Shown here piece after piece: positions 9,826 to 20,522 of a stretch of DNA of 64,000 nucleotides. The stretch lies in assembly GCA_963665095.1 (NCBI GenBank), contig OY762069.1, positions 5,440,001-5,504,000 of the forward strand, in the 5' to 3' direction. Below the pieces are notes generated by a model. The model saw nothing but the letters and a program-made list of their open reading frames with translations. It ran no database searches and was not told where the DNA came from. Made by a program: the position numbers and the translations under genes. Source of the DNA: an uncultured Desulfobacter sp. Lineage in GTDB: Bacteria > Desulfobacterota > Desulfobacteria > Desulfobacterales > Desulfobacteraceae. The first letter of the stretch is position 1. Each line of letters opens with the position of its first letter.

Positions 9826-12800
9826 TTAAAGCTTGGTTACATTGACCATAAAGGCCTTGGTTTCCGGGATTCTGGTATTCGGATCCCCGGCCGGAGGTGT
9901 CAGCAGGTTGGCGCTCTCCTCGGTGCCGGTGGCAGGCCACCGCCATCCGAAATGCCAGGGAACACCCACCTGGTGAACCGTGGAATCGCCGATTTTAAAG
10001 GGTTTGAATCGTTTGGTGACAATGGCGGTACACTGAACCGAAGCCCTTGCAGATGTGACATTCACCCGTTCACCGTTTTCAATGCCCCGCAGTTTGGCAA
10101 GCTCTTCGCTCATTTCCACAAACATCTGGGGGGCCAGTTCCATGAGCCAGGACTGGGGACGGGTCATAAGCCCTGTCTGCCAGTGTTCGGAGACCCGGTA
10201 GGTGGTGCCCACAAACGGGAACCTCGGGTCGCAGGTGGCATGGGCATCGGCCTTGGTTGAGTAAACCACGGCTGTGGGGTTGACCATCTGTGAAGAGAGG
10301 AAATTCTTCTCCACCGGGCATTCCAGGGGTTCATAATGCTCAGGAAAGGGACCGTCAGCAAGCCCGGGTCCAAAAATCTGACCATGGCCGTGCTTACGCA
10401 TGATAAAGGGATATTTGGAATCTTCCCGTTTTGATCCGTCCGGATTTTCCATGGGGTACCAGCCGCCGTCGGGCACGTCGCCTGTCCATTTACTGGAGAC
10501 ATACTTGCCGTCTTTAGCCTCGCCGTCAAACCGGATGACCCAGTCCTTTTCATCCCAGGGCCGGCCCTTGGGATCCACAGAGGCGCGGTTGTAGATGATG
10601 CGGCGGTTCACGGGCCAGCACCAGGCAAATTCGGGATAGAGACCGATGTCGTTGGGTGCATCTTTTTGGCCACGTCTTGCGGCCATATTGCCCTTTTCCG
10701 TATATGAGTTGCAGTAGAGCCAGTTGGCTGAAGAGGTGGACCCGTCACTCTGGAGGAAGGCAAAACTGGGGACCAGCGTCCCTTTTTTATAAAGTTTTCC
10801 CTTGATCTCCATATCTTTCAGAAAATATCCGTTGATCTCCTTGGCCATTTTATGGGGGTCGTAAACCCCGTCTGTTTCATAGTCCCATTTCAGGTTGACG
10901 ATAGGATCCGGGAATTTGCCGCCGTTGGCATACTCTTTTTTGATCATATTCCCAAGGTGCATGATAATATCGCCGTCGGGAAGGCTGTTGCCCAAGGGTT
11001 TGGGGCCCTGGTACCGCCATTGCATCCATCTGCCGGAATTGGTAATGGAGCCTTCCTTTTCAACTGAGACACAGGCGGGCAGCATAAATACTTCGGTTTT
11101 TATTTTGGACGGGTCGGTGCCCGGACCATGCCAGAACGAACCGGTTTCATTGTCAAAAATGTTGACATTGACCATCCAGTCCAGATTTTCCATGGACTTT
11201 CTTATTTTTGTGGCATTGGACCCGGAACAGGCCGGATTCTGCCCCCAGGCGAAAAATCCGTTTATTTTTCCCTTATACATTTGGTCAAACAGATCAAACC
11301 ATGAGTAGACACTTCCGTCATCCACCTTGGGCAGCCAGTGATAGCCGAACTGGTTATTCTGATGGGCAGCCTTGCCGAAAAAGGATTTTAAAAGACTGAC
11401 GGAATATTTGGGATAATTCTGCCACCAGTTGGCGGACAGAGGATCATTGCTTTTGGGGGTCCATTTGGCGTTGTAGGCGTCCAGGCTGACATTGGAGGCC
11501 CGGGCCGTTTTCAGATAACCCGGCCAGATGTGCCAGAGCAGGCAGTGGTCCGTTGATCCCTGGACATTGGATTCACCGCGAAGGGCGTTGACCCCGCCGC
11601 CGGCTACGCCCATGTTGCCTAAGAGCAGCTGGATCATGGCCATGGTCCTGATATTCTGGGTGCCCACGGTATGCTGGGTCCAGCCCATGGCGTACATGAT
11701 GGTGCCGGCTTTGCCGCGTTTTCCGGTTTCCGCATAGGTCTTGTACACTTCCACCAGATCTTCTTTGCTGGTGCCGGTAATCTTGGACACTATGTCAAGG
11801 TTGTACCTGGAGTAGTGTTTTTTCAGAAGCTGGAATACACAGCGCTTGTGTTTAAGGGTCCGGTCCATTTTGGGCACACCCTTGTCATCCATATCAAAGG
11901 CCCAGGTAGACTTATCGTAAGATCCTGTGGAGGGACCTTCTTTTTTGCCGGGTTTATATCCGGCAAAAAGCCCGTCTTTAAACCCGAACTGTTTACCCAG
12001 GATAAAGCCTGCATTGGTATAGGCAGCCGTATATTCCTTATTATACAAATCGTTATCAAGGATGTATTTTATCATACCGCCCAGAAAGGCGATATCTGTT
12101 CCCGAGCGTAGGGCCGTGTAAATGTCTGCTTTAGCCGATGTTCTTGTAAACCGCGGGTCCACATTGATGAGCTTGGCGCCCTTTTCCATGGCCTGGGTTA
12201 CATATTTGAATGAAATGGGATGATTTTCGGCAGCGTTGCTGCCCATGATCAGGATACAGTCTGAATTTTTAAGATCAATCCAGTGGTTGGTCATTGCACC
12301 GCGTCCAAACGACTCTGCCAGAGCCGCTACAGTTGCGGAATGTCAGATCCTGGCCTGGTGTTCGACGTAGACAAGCCCCAATGAGCGCATCAGCGCCTGG
12401 TACATCCAGCACTCTTCGTTGTCCATGGCAGCAGAGCCCACGGATGCCATATTGGTCACCCGGTTTACCAGCTGGCCTTTGGCGTTTCTCTCTTCAAAGC
12501 CTTTATCCCGGGTCTCTTTGACTCTTTTAGCGATTCTGTCAAGTGCCCAGTCCCAGGATACGGTTTCCCATTTGTCGGAATACGGTGCCCGGTACATGGG
12601 TTCAAGGAGTCGGTTTTCGTTTTCCGCCAGCTGTTTCAGGGAAGAGCCTTTTGAACACAGGGAGCCCCTGTTGATCACATGATCAGGATCTCCTTCAATG
12701 TTGATCACCCGTCCGTCCCCGCGCTTGCTGGTACTGACAATGGCGCCGCAGCCCACAGCACAATAACAGCAGACTGTGGTGGTCTCTTTGGCATACTTGG

Positions 12801-12918
12801 TTTTGAGCATCTGGGCATGGGTTTTAACCGGTTTCAGGTCAAATCCCAGGCCGCTGACAGCGATGCCCGCTGCGGCTGCCCCTGAAATTTTGATAAACTC
12901 TCTTCGATCAAGTTTCAT
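9826..12918 (-). CDS. fdnG: Selenocysteine-containing Mo/W formate dehydrogenase alpha subunit (1030 aa, Tat-exported)
   Basis: ORFs 12343..12918 and 9826..12294 are in one frame, joined through UGA at 12345-12343 to read 'EHQARI-U-HSATVAALAESFGRGAMTNHW'. Tat motif 'DRREFIK'; 4Fe-4S motif 'CCYCAVGC...LCSKG'. Confidence 0.96.
12309..12327 (-). promoter_or_regulatory. Bacterial SECIS hairpin
   Basis: mRNA GCGGCUCU-GGC-AGAGUCGU (8 bp with G-U pairs, G-rich apical loop), 15 nt downstream of the UGA. Confidence 0.75.
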
Positions 12919-13030
12919 CTCACTTACGCCTCCTTTTTAATTTAACCCCCTTGAAAGACCATTTTTAACGCCTTTTCGGCATTACGATGCATGTATCCGA
13001 TTTGGATAGCACAGAGGGGTTACAAAAAAG

Positions 13031-15820
13031 TTACAGAGGGTTTCGTCCTGTGTTCTGATTGTCGTGACAGGCTTTAGGCCAGGGGGTGTCGGCTAATCCC
13101 GGGCTGTCCGTCTGAATGGCGTAAATATATCCGCTGTAGGCTCCAACATAAAGTGTGCCGTCTGAATCTAAGGCCGGCGAATTGACTAAGTAATTTTCTC
13201 CCAGAGAATTCTTCCATTTCAGAGTGCCGTCGGTCCGGATCGCATGCAAATATCCATCTGTCAGTGCGACGTAGATAATGTCATCAGCAGCAAGTACCGG
13301 ATTCAGATCTGTCAGGTCCCATTCGGCAGTCAGAAAGTATGACCATTGCAAGGTACCGTTTTTGTCAAATGCATAAAGAAAGCCATCTTCACCTCCAATG
13401 TATAGCATATCATTCGTTCCTACAATGATGCTGCCGCACAACTGGGAATAGGGAGAGCCGGAGTATTCCCATTTGACTGAGCCATCGGGATTAAGCGCAC
13501 ACAACTGGCTGTCACTGGATAGATAAATCGTCCCTTCTTCCCCAATGGCATAGTTCGTGGCATAGTACGGTTCCATTTCATATTGCCACAAAATGGCGCC
13601 TTCCGGAGAAATAGCTATAAACCGGTCGCTTGTCACCACATAAAGTGTGCTGTTGGCGGCGATACCTGGTGCAACAGGGGCGGTGGACAGGTCGTTTATT
13701 TGCCACTTCAGCTGACCTTCCGGGGTTATTGCGGTAACAGAATCTCCCTGGCTTCTTAGGTAGACGGTCCCGTCTTCTGCCACCATTAACGCAAGCCCAT
13801 CAATGGGATATTGCCAATTGATATCTCCGTCGGCTTTGAACGAAACCAGCTGATAGTCGGGCCAGCCTTTAGATGCATAGAGGGTGTCATCCCTTGATAC
13901 GGTGATACGTCCTACCCAGTTGGATTTTCGCCACCTCACGGTGCCGTTTTTATTAATCGCGTATCCGTATCCGTCGGTTGAACTCAGGTATATTGCCCCG
14001 TCTTCTCCAATGGCAAGGCTCTTGCCATTGACCATGCCGGTGTTAACTTTCCATTTTAACTCCCCGTCTGCGGCTTGGGGCCGGGTTTCCAGGCAGATCT
14101 CCGGGCTGACATCGGAAATGTTTCCTGATTCGTCTACCGCACGAATACCGTAACAGTACCGGGTGGATGGCGAAAGCCCCGTATCGGTATATCCGCCGCT
14201 TCCTGATAATCCGATATACTCCCCGTTTCTGTATATCTGATACTCCGTTATCTGCCCGTCGGTGTACGCCGATGTATCCCAGGTTAATGATGTCATGGAC
14301 GGGGAGAGTACCGAGCCCTGGATATCTGATGGGGCGGAAGGTAAGTTGGAATCGCTCCCTGTGGTATTTTCATAATTACTGGTGTTGTATTGATCCTTAA
14401 AAATTTTGGGGCAACTGCTTGCTGCCAATCCTTGACTTTCGGAATCCAGCGCATAAAGACAATGGTCCAGGGAACCCACATAGATTGTTCCGTCACCGGC
14501 GATTGCCGGGGAGGAGCTATCTCCGCCTGTGTAAGTCTGCCACTTAATGGTGCCGTCTGTATTAAATGCCGTGAAATATCCGTCATGTTGCTGCAGATAG
14601 ATGATGCCGGTATCTCCGATGGCTGGAACCGAACTATCTGTATTATAACTATCGTCTTCGGCAAGATCGACCTTCCAGTTCACGGTCCCCTCCGGAGTGA
14701 TGGCATATAGATATTTGGGAGAAGAATATTCCCTGGATGTGGCATATACTGTCCCGTCACTTCCGGTCACAGGATTGTAGAAATAGGATGGCCTTTCGCC
14801 AAAAGCAGGCTTAACTGAAGCGATAGATGTATTGCTGGTTATATTTATGGACCAGTTGATTTCACCGTCGGAAGTGCAGGCGTAAAGAGCAAAATTGGCC
14901 CCCACATATATCTGGCCTGAACTGCCGATGGCAGGGGTGGCATCGTGGTAAGCATTAAAAGGAAGAGTCCATTTGACCGTACTGTCCTTTTGAACTGCAT
15001 AAATAGTGCTCCACGAGGCATAGATCACACCGTCGGGCCCGATGGCCGGTGGATAAAGGGAGGTTCCGTTGGAATCTTTTTTCCATTTCAATAAACCCTC
15101 CGGGCTGATGGCGTAAAATGAGCTGGTCCGGTCCCCCACATAGACAGTTCCGTCTTTTCCCACAGCCGGAGTGGAATATAAAGAGGCCATATAGTGCCAT
15201 TTAAGGGATCCGTCCGGGTTGATGGCATGGAGGTATTCGGTTGAGCCCAGATAGATTGTTCCATCCGGACTGACAGCAGGCGAACTGTGATTTATTACAG
15301 ACGCATTGGTGTTGAAAATCCATTGCAGCGTGCCGTCAGGGGAAAGGGCATAGAGACAGCCGTCCTGGGATGCCACATAGATGGTGCCGTCCTCTGAAAT
15401 AGCCGGCGCTCCGCTAATTACACCCTGGGTTTCATACTTCCACAAAATACTTCCCGGTATTTTGTCAATGCAAACGGCCGTGCTTTGAGAAGATTCGTTT
15501 CCCACACTGTCAACCGCAGAAACGGTATAACAATGGCTCCCGCTTTCAGTTAAGCCGGTGTCCGTATAGGCGGTTGTGGCAACTTCGGCAATAAAATTCC
15601 CGTCTCTGAATACCCGGTATCCCGTCACGCCGGTATCGTCCTGATTTTCCAGCCAGCTGATTTCCACGGATCCGGCACTGAACTGAATTGCGTCAAGAAT
15701 GGATGGCGTCGTCGGCGGTGTGTTTTCTGAATCATTTGGGGGATCATTGTCATTACACCCCACCATTGCCAGAATTATTAACAGCAGCACAACGTTTTTA
15801 AAAAAAATAATAAATCTCAT
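13031..15820 (-). CDS. Surface lipoprotein with two tandem [FN3 + PQQ-like beta-propeller] modules
   Basis: Lipobox 'LAMVG-C'; FN3 'GYRVFRDG...YTDTGL...CYTVSAVD..GNES' occurs twice; many 'PAIG.DGTIYVG..D..LYA..PDG..KW' propeller repeats. Confidence 0.85.
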   Translation of the reverse strand: MRFIIFFKNVVLLLIILAMVGCNDNDPPNDSENTPPTTPSILDAIQFSAGSVEISWLENQDDTGVTGYRVFRDGNFIAEVATTAYTDTGLTESGSHCYTVSAVDSVGNESSQSTAVCIDKIPGSILWKYETQGVISGAPAISEDGTIYVASQDGCLYALSPDGTLQWIFNTNASVINHSSPAVSPDGTIYLGSTEYLHAINPDGSLKWHYMASLYSTPAVGKDGTVYVGDRTSSFYAISPEGLLKWKKDSNGTSLYPPAIGPDGVIYASWSTIYAVQKDSTVKWTLPFNAYHDATPAIGSSGQIYVGANFALYACTSDGEINWSINITSNTSIASVKPAFGERPSYFYNPVTGSDGTVYATSREYSSPKYLYAITPEGTVNWKVDLAEDDSYNTDSSVPAIGDTGIIYLQQHDGYFTAFNTDGTIKWQTYTGGDSSSPAIAGDGTIYVGSLDHCLYALDSESQGLAASSCPKIFKDQYNTSNYENTTGSDSNLPSAPSDIQGSVLSPSMTSLTWDTSAYTDGQITEYQIYRNGEYIGLSGSGGYTDTGLSPSTRYCYGIRAVDESGNISDVSPEICLETRPQAADGELKWKVNTGMVNGKSLAIGEDGAIYLSSTDGYGYAINKNGTVRWRKSNWVGRITVSRDDTLYASKGWPDYQLVSFKADGDINWQYPIDGLALMVAEDGTVYLRSQGDSVTAITPEGQLKWQINDLSTAPVAPGIAANSTLYVVTSDRFIAISPEGAILWQYEMEPYYATNYAIGEEGTIYLSSDSQLCALNPDGSVKWEYSGSPYSQLCGSIIVGTNDMLYIGGEDGFLYAFDKNGTLQWSYFLTAEWDLTDLNPVLAADDIIYVALTDGYLHAIRTDGTLKWKNSLGENYLVNSPALDSDGTLYVGAYSGYIYAIQTDSPGLADTPWPKACHDNQNTGRNPL

Positions 15821-16088
15821 TGTTGCACCGTCCAGGCAAAAGAAAGAAATTTTATTTTCAAAGAAATATGAATAAACTTTATCAGGATGGTTGTATTATG
15901 TAAAGATAATTGAGTGATGATATAAAGAGCCGCAAGGTATTGCAGTCGGGGTAGCAGTGGGGTTTTGACGGCGGATGGCCGAAAGATCATGTCCCAGTTA
16001 GGTTTTCCTGTGTTTTTTGGTAGTCCCAGAGGTGTATGGGGCCATGGCCATAGCGCTGGCCCCGGTGAATAAGCGATAAGAGGGAACT

Positions 16089-17087
16089 CTATTTTAGTCC
16101 CATCAGCCGTTTTGTTACGTCTACAGGTGCGGAAACCTGTTTCTCTTTGACCATAATGCTTTCTGTCTGCTGCCAGGCCTTAACGTCGATGGTGCCGATC
16201 TTCACACCTGTTGCCGGTTTAACCAGGGGGCGGGTGGCATCCAGCTGTTTTTTGCGGATATCGTCCTTGGTGCCTTTGTCCTTTTTTTTAATCTCAGCCA
16301 GGACCCGGGCTTCATTGGCCGGGTCCATGGCAAACTCCCAGGCTGACAGCAACGCGGTCATAAAGGTCTTTACCGTGTCCGGGTGTTTTTTTATCATGGT
16401 GCCTGACGTCACCACAGAGTTGGCCACAAAAGAGACGCCGTAATCAGCCGGGTTAAAAAAACGGACCTGTTCACCTTCGGCACCCAGTTTGTCTTCCAGG
16501 ATCACTCCCTGGGAATTTCTGTATACCGGCCACACAGCCACCTCTTTTTTCAGGAAGGGGGTGAAATCAAACCTCACGCTTGAGATGCGGACATCCCCGT
16601 GTCCCAGTCCGGCTTTAGCCAGAAGCGTGTTCATGATGGTTTCATCATTCCCGCCAAAGGTAACCCCGATATGCCGGCCCTTTAAATCGGAAAGGGTGTT
16701 AATGCCCGGCTGGTCCGACCGGTAGATCCACTGCATGGGATTGACCTGGAACAGCTGGGCAAGGACGATGACATCCGCACCTTTTTCAAGGGCACGAATC
16801 ACCTGGTCTGCGGATGCCACGCCAAAATCCGCATATCCCAGTTCCAGTTCCTTGATGGCGTTTTTCCCGGCGCCGCCTTCATTGACAGAGACATCAAGCC
16901 CGGCCTTTTTGAAAAATCCTGCGGTGTCCGCAATAATATCCCCGGCCACAGAGGTGTTGAACAGCCATTTAAGACGGTAGTTCAGGGTGTCGCCGGCAAA
17001 GGCGGGAGCGGCATTAAAAAAGAACATCATAAACAGGTTTGCCAGGCCTATTCTGATCACGGTATTTATTTTTGTTTTTCCATTCAT
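16089..17087 (-). CDS. ABC transporter substrate-binding protein, NMT1/THI5 family
   Basis: 'RLKW......AG...A...GFFK.AGLDV...EGG', 'DLKG..IGV'; ATG at 17087 has an AGGAGG RBS and overlaps the permease stop. Confidence 0.85.
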   Translation of the reverse strand: MNGKTKINTVIRIGLANLFMMFFFNAAPAFAGDTLNYRLKWLFNTSVAGDIIADTAGFFKKAGLDVSVNEGGAGKNAIKELELGYADFGVASADQVIRALEKGADVIVLAQLFQVNPMQWIYRSDQPGINTLSDLKGRHIGVTFGGNDETIMNTLLAKAGLGHGDVRISSVRFDFTPFLKKEVAVWPVYRNSQGVILEDKLGAEGEQVRFFNPADYGVSFVANSVVTSGTMIKKHPDTVKTFMTALLSAWEFAMDPANEARVLAEIKKKDKGTKDDIRKKQLDATRPLVKPATGVKIGTIDVKAWQQTESIMVKEKQVSAPVDVTKRLMGLK

Positions 17088-17851
17088 AAAAGATCGCCTC
17101 CTTTTGGTGCAGACCACTTGGTTTTCATCTGTTCGCCCACGGTTTCAAGGATCCCCTGGTACACCGAAATAACAATGCCAATGATGAACAGGGCTACCAG
17201 AATACAGGCCAGATCACTTTGGTACAGGGCAATGCGTATACTATAGCCGATGCCCTGATCGGCTGCAATAAATTCGGCCACAATGGTGCCGGCCATGGCC
17301 AGAGTGGCAGATCCGGAAATTACTGTGGTCAGCTTGTTTAAATTTTCAAAGGCCCGGATTTTGACCTCCAGCTGCCATCTCATCCGGCCTGTGGCAATAT
17401 AAAAATGTTCAATATCCTTAACCGGCGAGGCCATAATCCCCAGCACAGACAGCAGCAGGGGAAAGTAGCAGATCATGGATGCTATGAGCAGGCGGGACAG
17501 AAAGCCGTCCCCCAGAAGAATAAAAATGATCGGGGCCAGTGCCACAATGGGATAGGCCTGGATGTTGTAGGCCATCACCTTGATAAAGGAGCCGGCCCAG
17601 GAGGATTTGCGGCCCATGATGCCCACAAAAAAGGCCAGGAAAATGGAGATCATCTGGCCCAGCACGGTGACAGACAAGGTGTTCAGAACATCAAAAAAGT
17701 AACCGGACAGCATCCGGTTCGCAGTGTCAATGACCAGTGGCACTCCGGGAATGACATAATCAGACAGGCCTGCAGCATATTTGATGGTCAGAAGACCTGT
17801 AACGCCTATGAAGTATACGATGAGGAACTGGTAAATTCGTCTAAACAGCAT
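17084..17851 (-). CDS. ABC transporter permease (SsuC/TauC-like)
   Basis: Multi-TM protein; 'QAYPIVALAPI', 'GTIVAEFIAA..GIGYSI'. Confidence 0.85.
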   Translation of the reverse strand: MLFRRIYQFLIVYFIGVTGLLTIKYAAGLSDYVIPGVPLVIDTANRMLSGYFFDVLNTLSVTVLGQMISIFLAFFVGIMGRKSSWAGSFIKVMAYNIQAYPIVALAPIIFILLGDGFLSRLLIASMICYFPLLLSVLGIMASPVKDIEHFYIATGRMRWQLEVKIRAFENLNKLTTVISGSATLAMAGTIVAEFIAADQGIGYSIRIALYQSDLACILVALFIIGIVISVYQGILETVGEQMKTKWSAPKGGDLL

Positions 17852-18536
17852 TCATGATCTCCAGCATGGAGTGGTCAATGGCTTGGGGGTCTGCCCTGTA
17901 ACCTGTGCTGTAATCCCGGCCTTGAACGACAACGCCGCCACGGCCCTTTCCAGGATGGCTCAACACCAGAATATCCTTGCAGAACCGCGCCACTTCCATA
18001 AGATTGTGCGAAATATACAGGAACAGCTTGGCTGGAAAAATTTCCTTGATGGCCAGAATGATGGTTTCCCGTAACGCTTCATCCACATTGGCAAGGCTTT
18101 CATCCATAATCAGCAGATCAAAATCCTGGATCAGGTAGCGGACCAGATTCATCCGGTTTTGCTGCCCCATGGAAAGTTGGGAGAATCTTGAACCCAGAAG
18201 GGGCTCCACCTTGAATATCCGGATAAGCTCCTGTTTAAGTTCGGTTTTATTGGAGTGGCACACCTTGTCCAGGTGGCTGCCCGTACTTGACCAGCCCGGC
18301 AGACGTTCCAGATTGTATGAATATAAAATAGTAGAAATACCTTCATAGAACAGGGCGCTTTCTCCCGGCCCTTTACTGCCACCTGCAAGTATTCTTGCAA
18401 AAGAGGTTTTACCAACACCAGAAGGCCCGAAAACTGCATTAAATCCAGGTGCTGCCATGGAAAAGTTCAAGCTTTCCAGCACCGGTTTATCTGTCCCTGG
18501 ATATGTAAAAGTCAGGCCCTTGCACTCAAAACGCAT
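17841..18536 (-). CDS. ABC transporter ATP-binding protein
   Basis: Walker A 'GPSGVGKTS', signature 'LSMGQQNR', Walker B 'LLIMDESLANVD', 'YISH'. Confidence 0.88.
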   Translation of the reverse strand: MRFECKGLTFTYPGTDKPVLESLNFSMAAPGFNAVFGPSGVGKTSFARILAGGSKGPGESALFYEGISTILYSYNLERLPGWSSTGSHLDKVCHSNKTELKQELIRIFKVEPLLGSRFSQLSMGQQNRMNLVRYLIQDFDLLIMDESLANVDEALRETIILAIKEIFPAKLFLYISHNLMEVARFCKDILVLSHPGKGRGGVVVQGRDYSTGYRADPQAIDHSMLEIMNAV

Positions 18537-18743
18537 ATAAGTCTCCAAAGGATCATTAAACTGGATAACTGATACCGGGTATGGGGTTAAAAATCAACTT
18601 TAAACCGGAAAAATGGCGGATTGATGCGGTTTTCATTTCAGCGCTGCTGGTGTATAAAAATTTTTGACCGTGATTTGAACCAGGCTGGATTTTCCATTTA
18701 TGGATGAATATAGTGCGGAAAGGTATGAAGAAAAAATCATGTT

Positions 18744-19262
18744 ATGGATAAGTTATTAAAAAATTACAGAGAGCTGATTTCCAGGATAGATCAGCACATT
18801 GAACAGCTTGCCCGTGTTCACGGGGATAATATTTTCTGTAAAAAGGGCTGTGACGACTGTTGCCGGCATTTAGCCCTGTTCCCTGTGGAAGCCTTTAACC
18901 TGGCCCGGGCGTTTGGCGCTCTTGATGACCTGTCCAGGGAAAAGATAGAGAAACAGGCCCGGGAAAACAGCGGGATTTGTCCTTTTCTGCAGGCTCATAT
19001 CTGTATGGTGTATTCTGACCGGCCTGTGATCTGCCGTACCCACGGCTATCCTTTGTACATGGAAAAAGATGGTGAAGGCATGGTGGATTTCTGTCCAAAA
19101 AATTTTAAAGGGGCAACTGAATTCAGCCGGTCGGACATGCTGGACCTGGACCGGTTGAATACCCTTCTCTTTGCTGTCAATAACCATTTTGTCGCCTGTT
19201 TTGAAGAAGATTTTCCAGATAGGATATGGATGAAGCAGGCCCTGACTTTGAGTTTAGCCTGA
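18744..19262 (+). CDS. YkgJ-family cysteine-cluster protein
   Basis: 'CKKGCDDCC', 'CPFL....C.VY..RP.ICR'. Confidence 0.85.
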   Translation: MDKLLKNYRELISRIDQHIEQLARVHGDNIFCKKGCDDCCRHLALFPVEAFNLARAFGALDDLSREKIEKQARENSGICPFLQAHICMVYSDRPVICRTHGYPLYMEKDGEGMVDFCPKNFKGATEFSRSDMLDLDRLNTLLFAVNNHFVACFEEDFPDRIWMKQALTLSLA

Positions 19263-20522
19263 AGGGATTGCTGTCAGCTGACTTGCCGGGACCAGCCGGA
19301 CCTGGTTTCTGGTTTTGGGCAGTTCCCGTTTCAGGGCCTCAAGGGTGGCCTTATGGGGGTGGCCGATGCCAATGGCCTGACCGTGGGTTTTGGCTGCTTT
19401 GACCAGTTTTTCCAGCTGGCCTGAAATATATTCAACATTCTGGAAATTATCCAGGAACACATCCCTGTGTGAGAACTTAAGCTGGAACATCCTGGCCGAC
19501 TGCTCGCCTTTGGATTCCGGGGAGGTCCTGGAATCAATAAAAAACAGGTCCTGCTTTTTTAATACCGTGAAGATCTGGTTCATCTTATCCGAGTCTGCCG
19601 TAAGCCGGGAACCCATGTGATTGTTCACGCCGACAGTTCCCGGAATAGCCTGAATATCCTTTCGCAGCTGGGCTAAGAGCTCGTCAGGTGACATGGCAGA
19701 CAAAAGGGCACCCGGCCCGGGATTAACCTTGGGATACTGGGTGGGCTCCATGGGCAGATGGAGCATGAGTTCAGCGCCTTTTGCAGACAGGCGGCGGGCT
19801 AATGCCGTACCGGCAGGGGAAAAGGGCAGAATGGAAAAGGTGATATTTTTATCAATGTTAAACAGGCCCATGGCCAGTTTTTTGTCATATCCGATATCAT
19901 CAATGATAATGGCCATCCGGGGGACATATTTGCCCTGTATTGGCGGTACAACCGGCTTGTTGGGCGGTGTGGTGTGGGTCACATCATCATAAACCTCATA
20001 TACAATGGCTGCCCCTTCACCCTGGACCGGGGTTTCTGCGATACTGGTTTTTCCTAAGTTACGGGGCTTTTCTTTAAGGCCTGCTGCTCTGGATTTGGTT
20101 AGCGGTAAAGCCTCGGGGTCTTTGGGGGCGGGTTTTCGAGGTTCTGGCGACATCGGCGGTTCCGGCTTTGGTGTTTCATTATGCCTGGTTGCGATGCTCT
20201 GTCCGGTGTTATGGTTGGTGCTGGGTACCGGCCTGACAGATTTAAGGAAAATATCTGCCAGCATGGCGCCAGTCAGACAGACTGCCACCAGGATAACAAC
20301 GCCGAGCATAATTTTTTTCAGTTCGAACACCAGGCCCTTGGCTTGTCCCGCAGCCTTTTTGCTTTCAGCCGTTGTTCTTGCTGACCTTGTTTTTGCCCCG
20401 CCGGTTTTTTTCTTTGGTTTGGCGGTTGTTGTCCCTGCAGCGGCACCGGCTGCCTTTTTGCGGGCCGGTGCCTTTTTGACTGAAGTTTTTTTAGGACCGC
20501 CGGTAGATTTAGTTGCAGCCAT
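19254..20522 (-). CDS. Divergent polysaccharide deacetylase (YibQ-like)
   Basis: 'AIIIDDIG', 'LMLHLPMEP', 'GVNNHMGSRLT', 'FFIDSRT', 'RDVFLDN', 'AIGIGHP'; Lys/Ala-rich N-tail followed by a TM segment. Confidence 0.92.
   Translation of the reverse strand: MAATKSTGGPKKTSVKKAPARKKAAGAAAGTTTAKPKKKTGGAKTRSARTTAESKKAAGQAKGLVFELKKIMLGVVILVAVCLTGAMLADIFLKSVRPVPSTNHNTGQSIATRHNETPKPEPPMSPEPRKPAPKDPEALPLTKSRAAGLKEKPRNLGKTSIAETPVQGEGAAIVYEVYDDVTHTTPPNKPVVPPIQGKYVPRMAIIIDDIGYDKKLAMGLFNIDKNITFSILPFSPAGTALARRLSAKGAELMLHLPMEPTQYPKVNPGPGALLSAMSPDELLAQLRKDIQAIPGTVGVNNHMGSRLTADSDKMNQIFTVLKKQDLFFIDSRTSPESKGEQSARMFQLKFSHRDVFLDNFQNVEYISGQLEKLVKAAKTHGQAIGIGHPHKATLEALKRELPKTRNQVRLVPASQLTAIPSG

Noticed and set aside
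9826..12918. FDH alpha as two genes or a pseudogene
   Set aside because: The break is an in-frame UGA at the catalytic Sec position with a SECIS hairpin, and tRNA-Sec is present.
18537..18743. TPP riboswitch upstream of the NMT1/THI5 ABC transporter
   Set aside because: No recognisable TPP aptamer motif (e.g. CUGAGA) on the minus strand.
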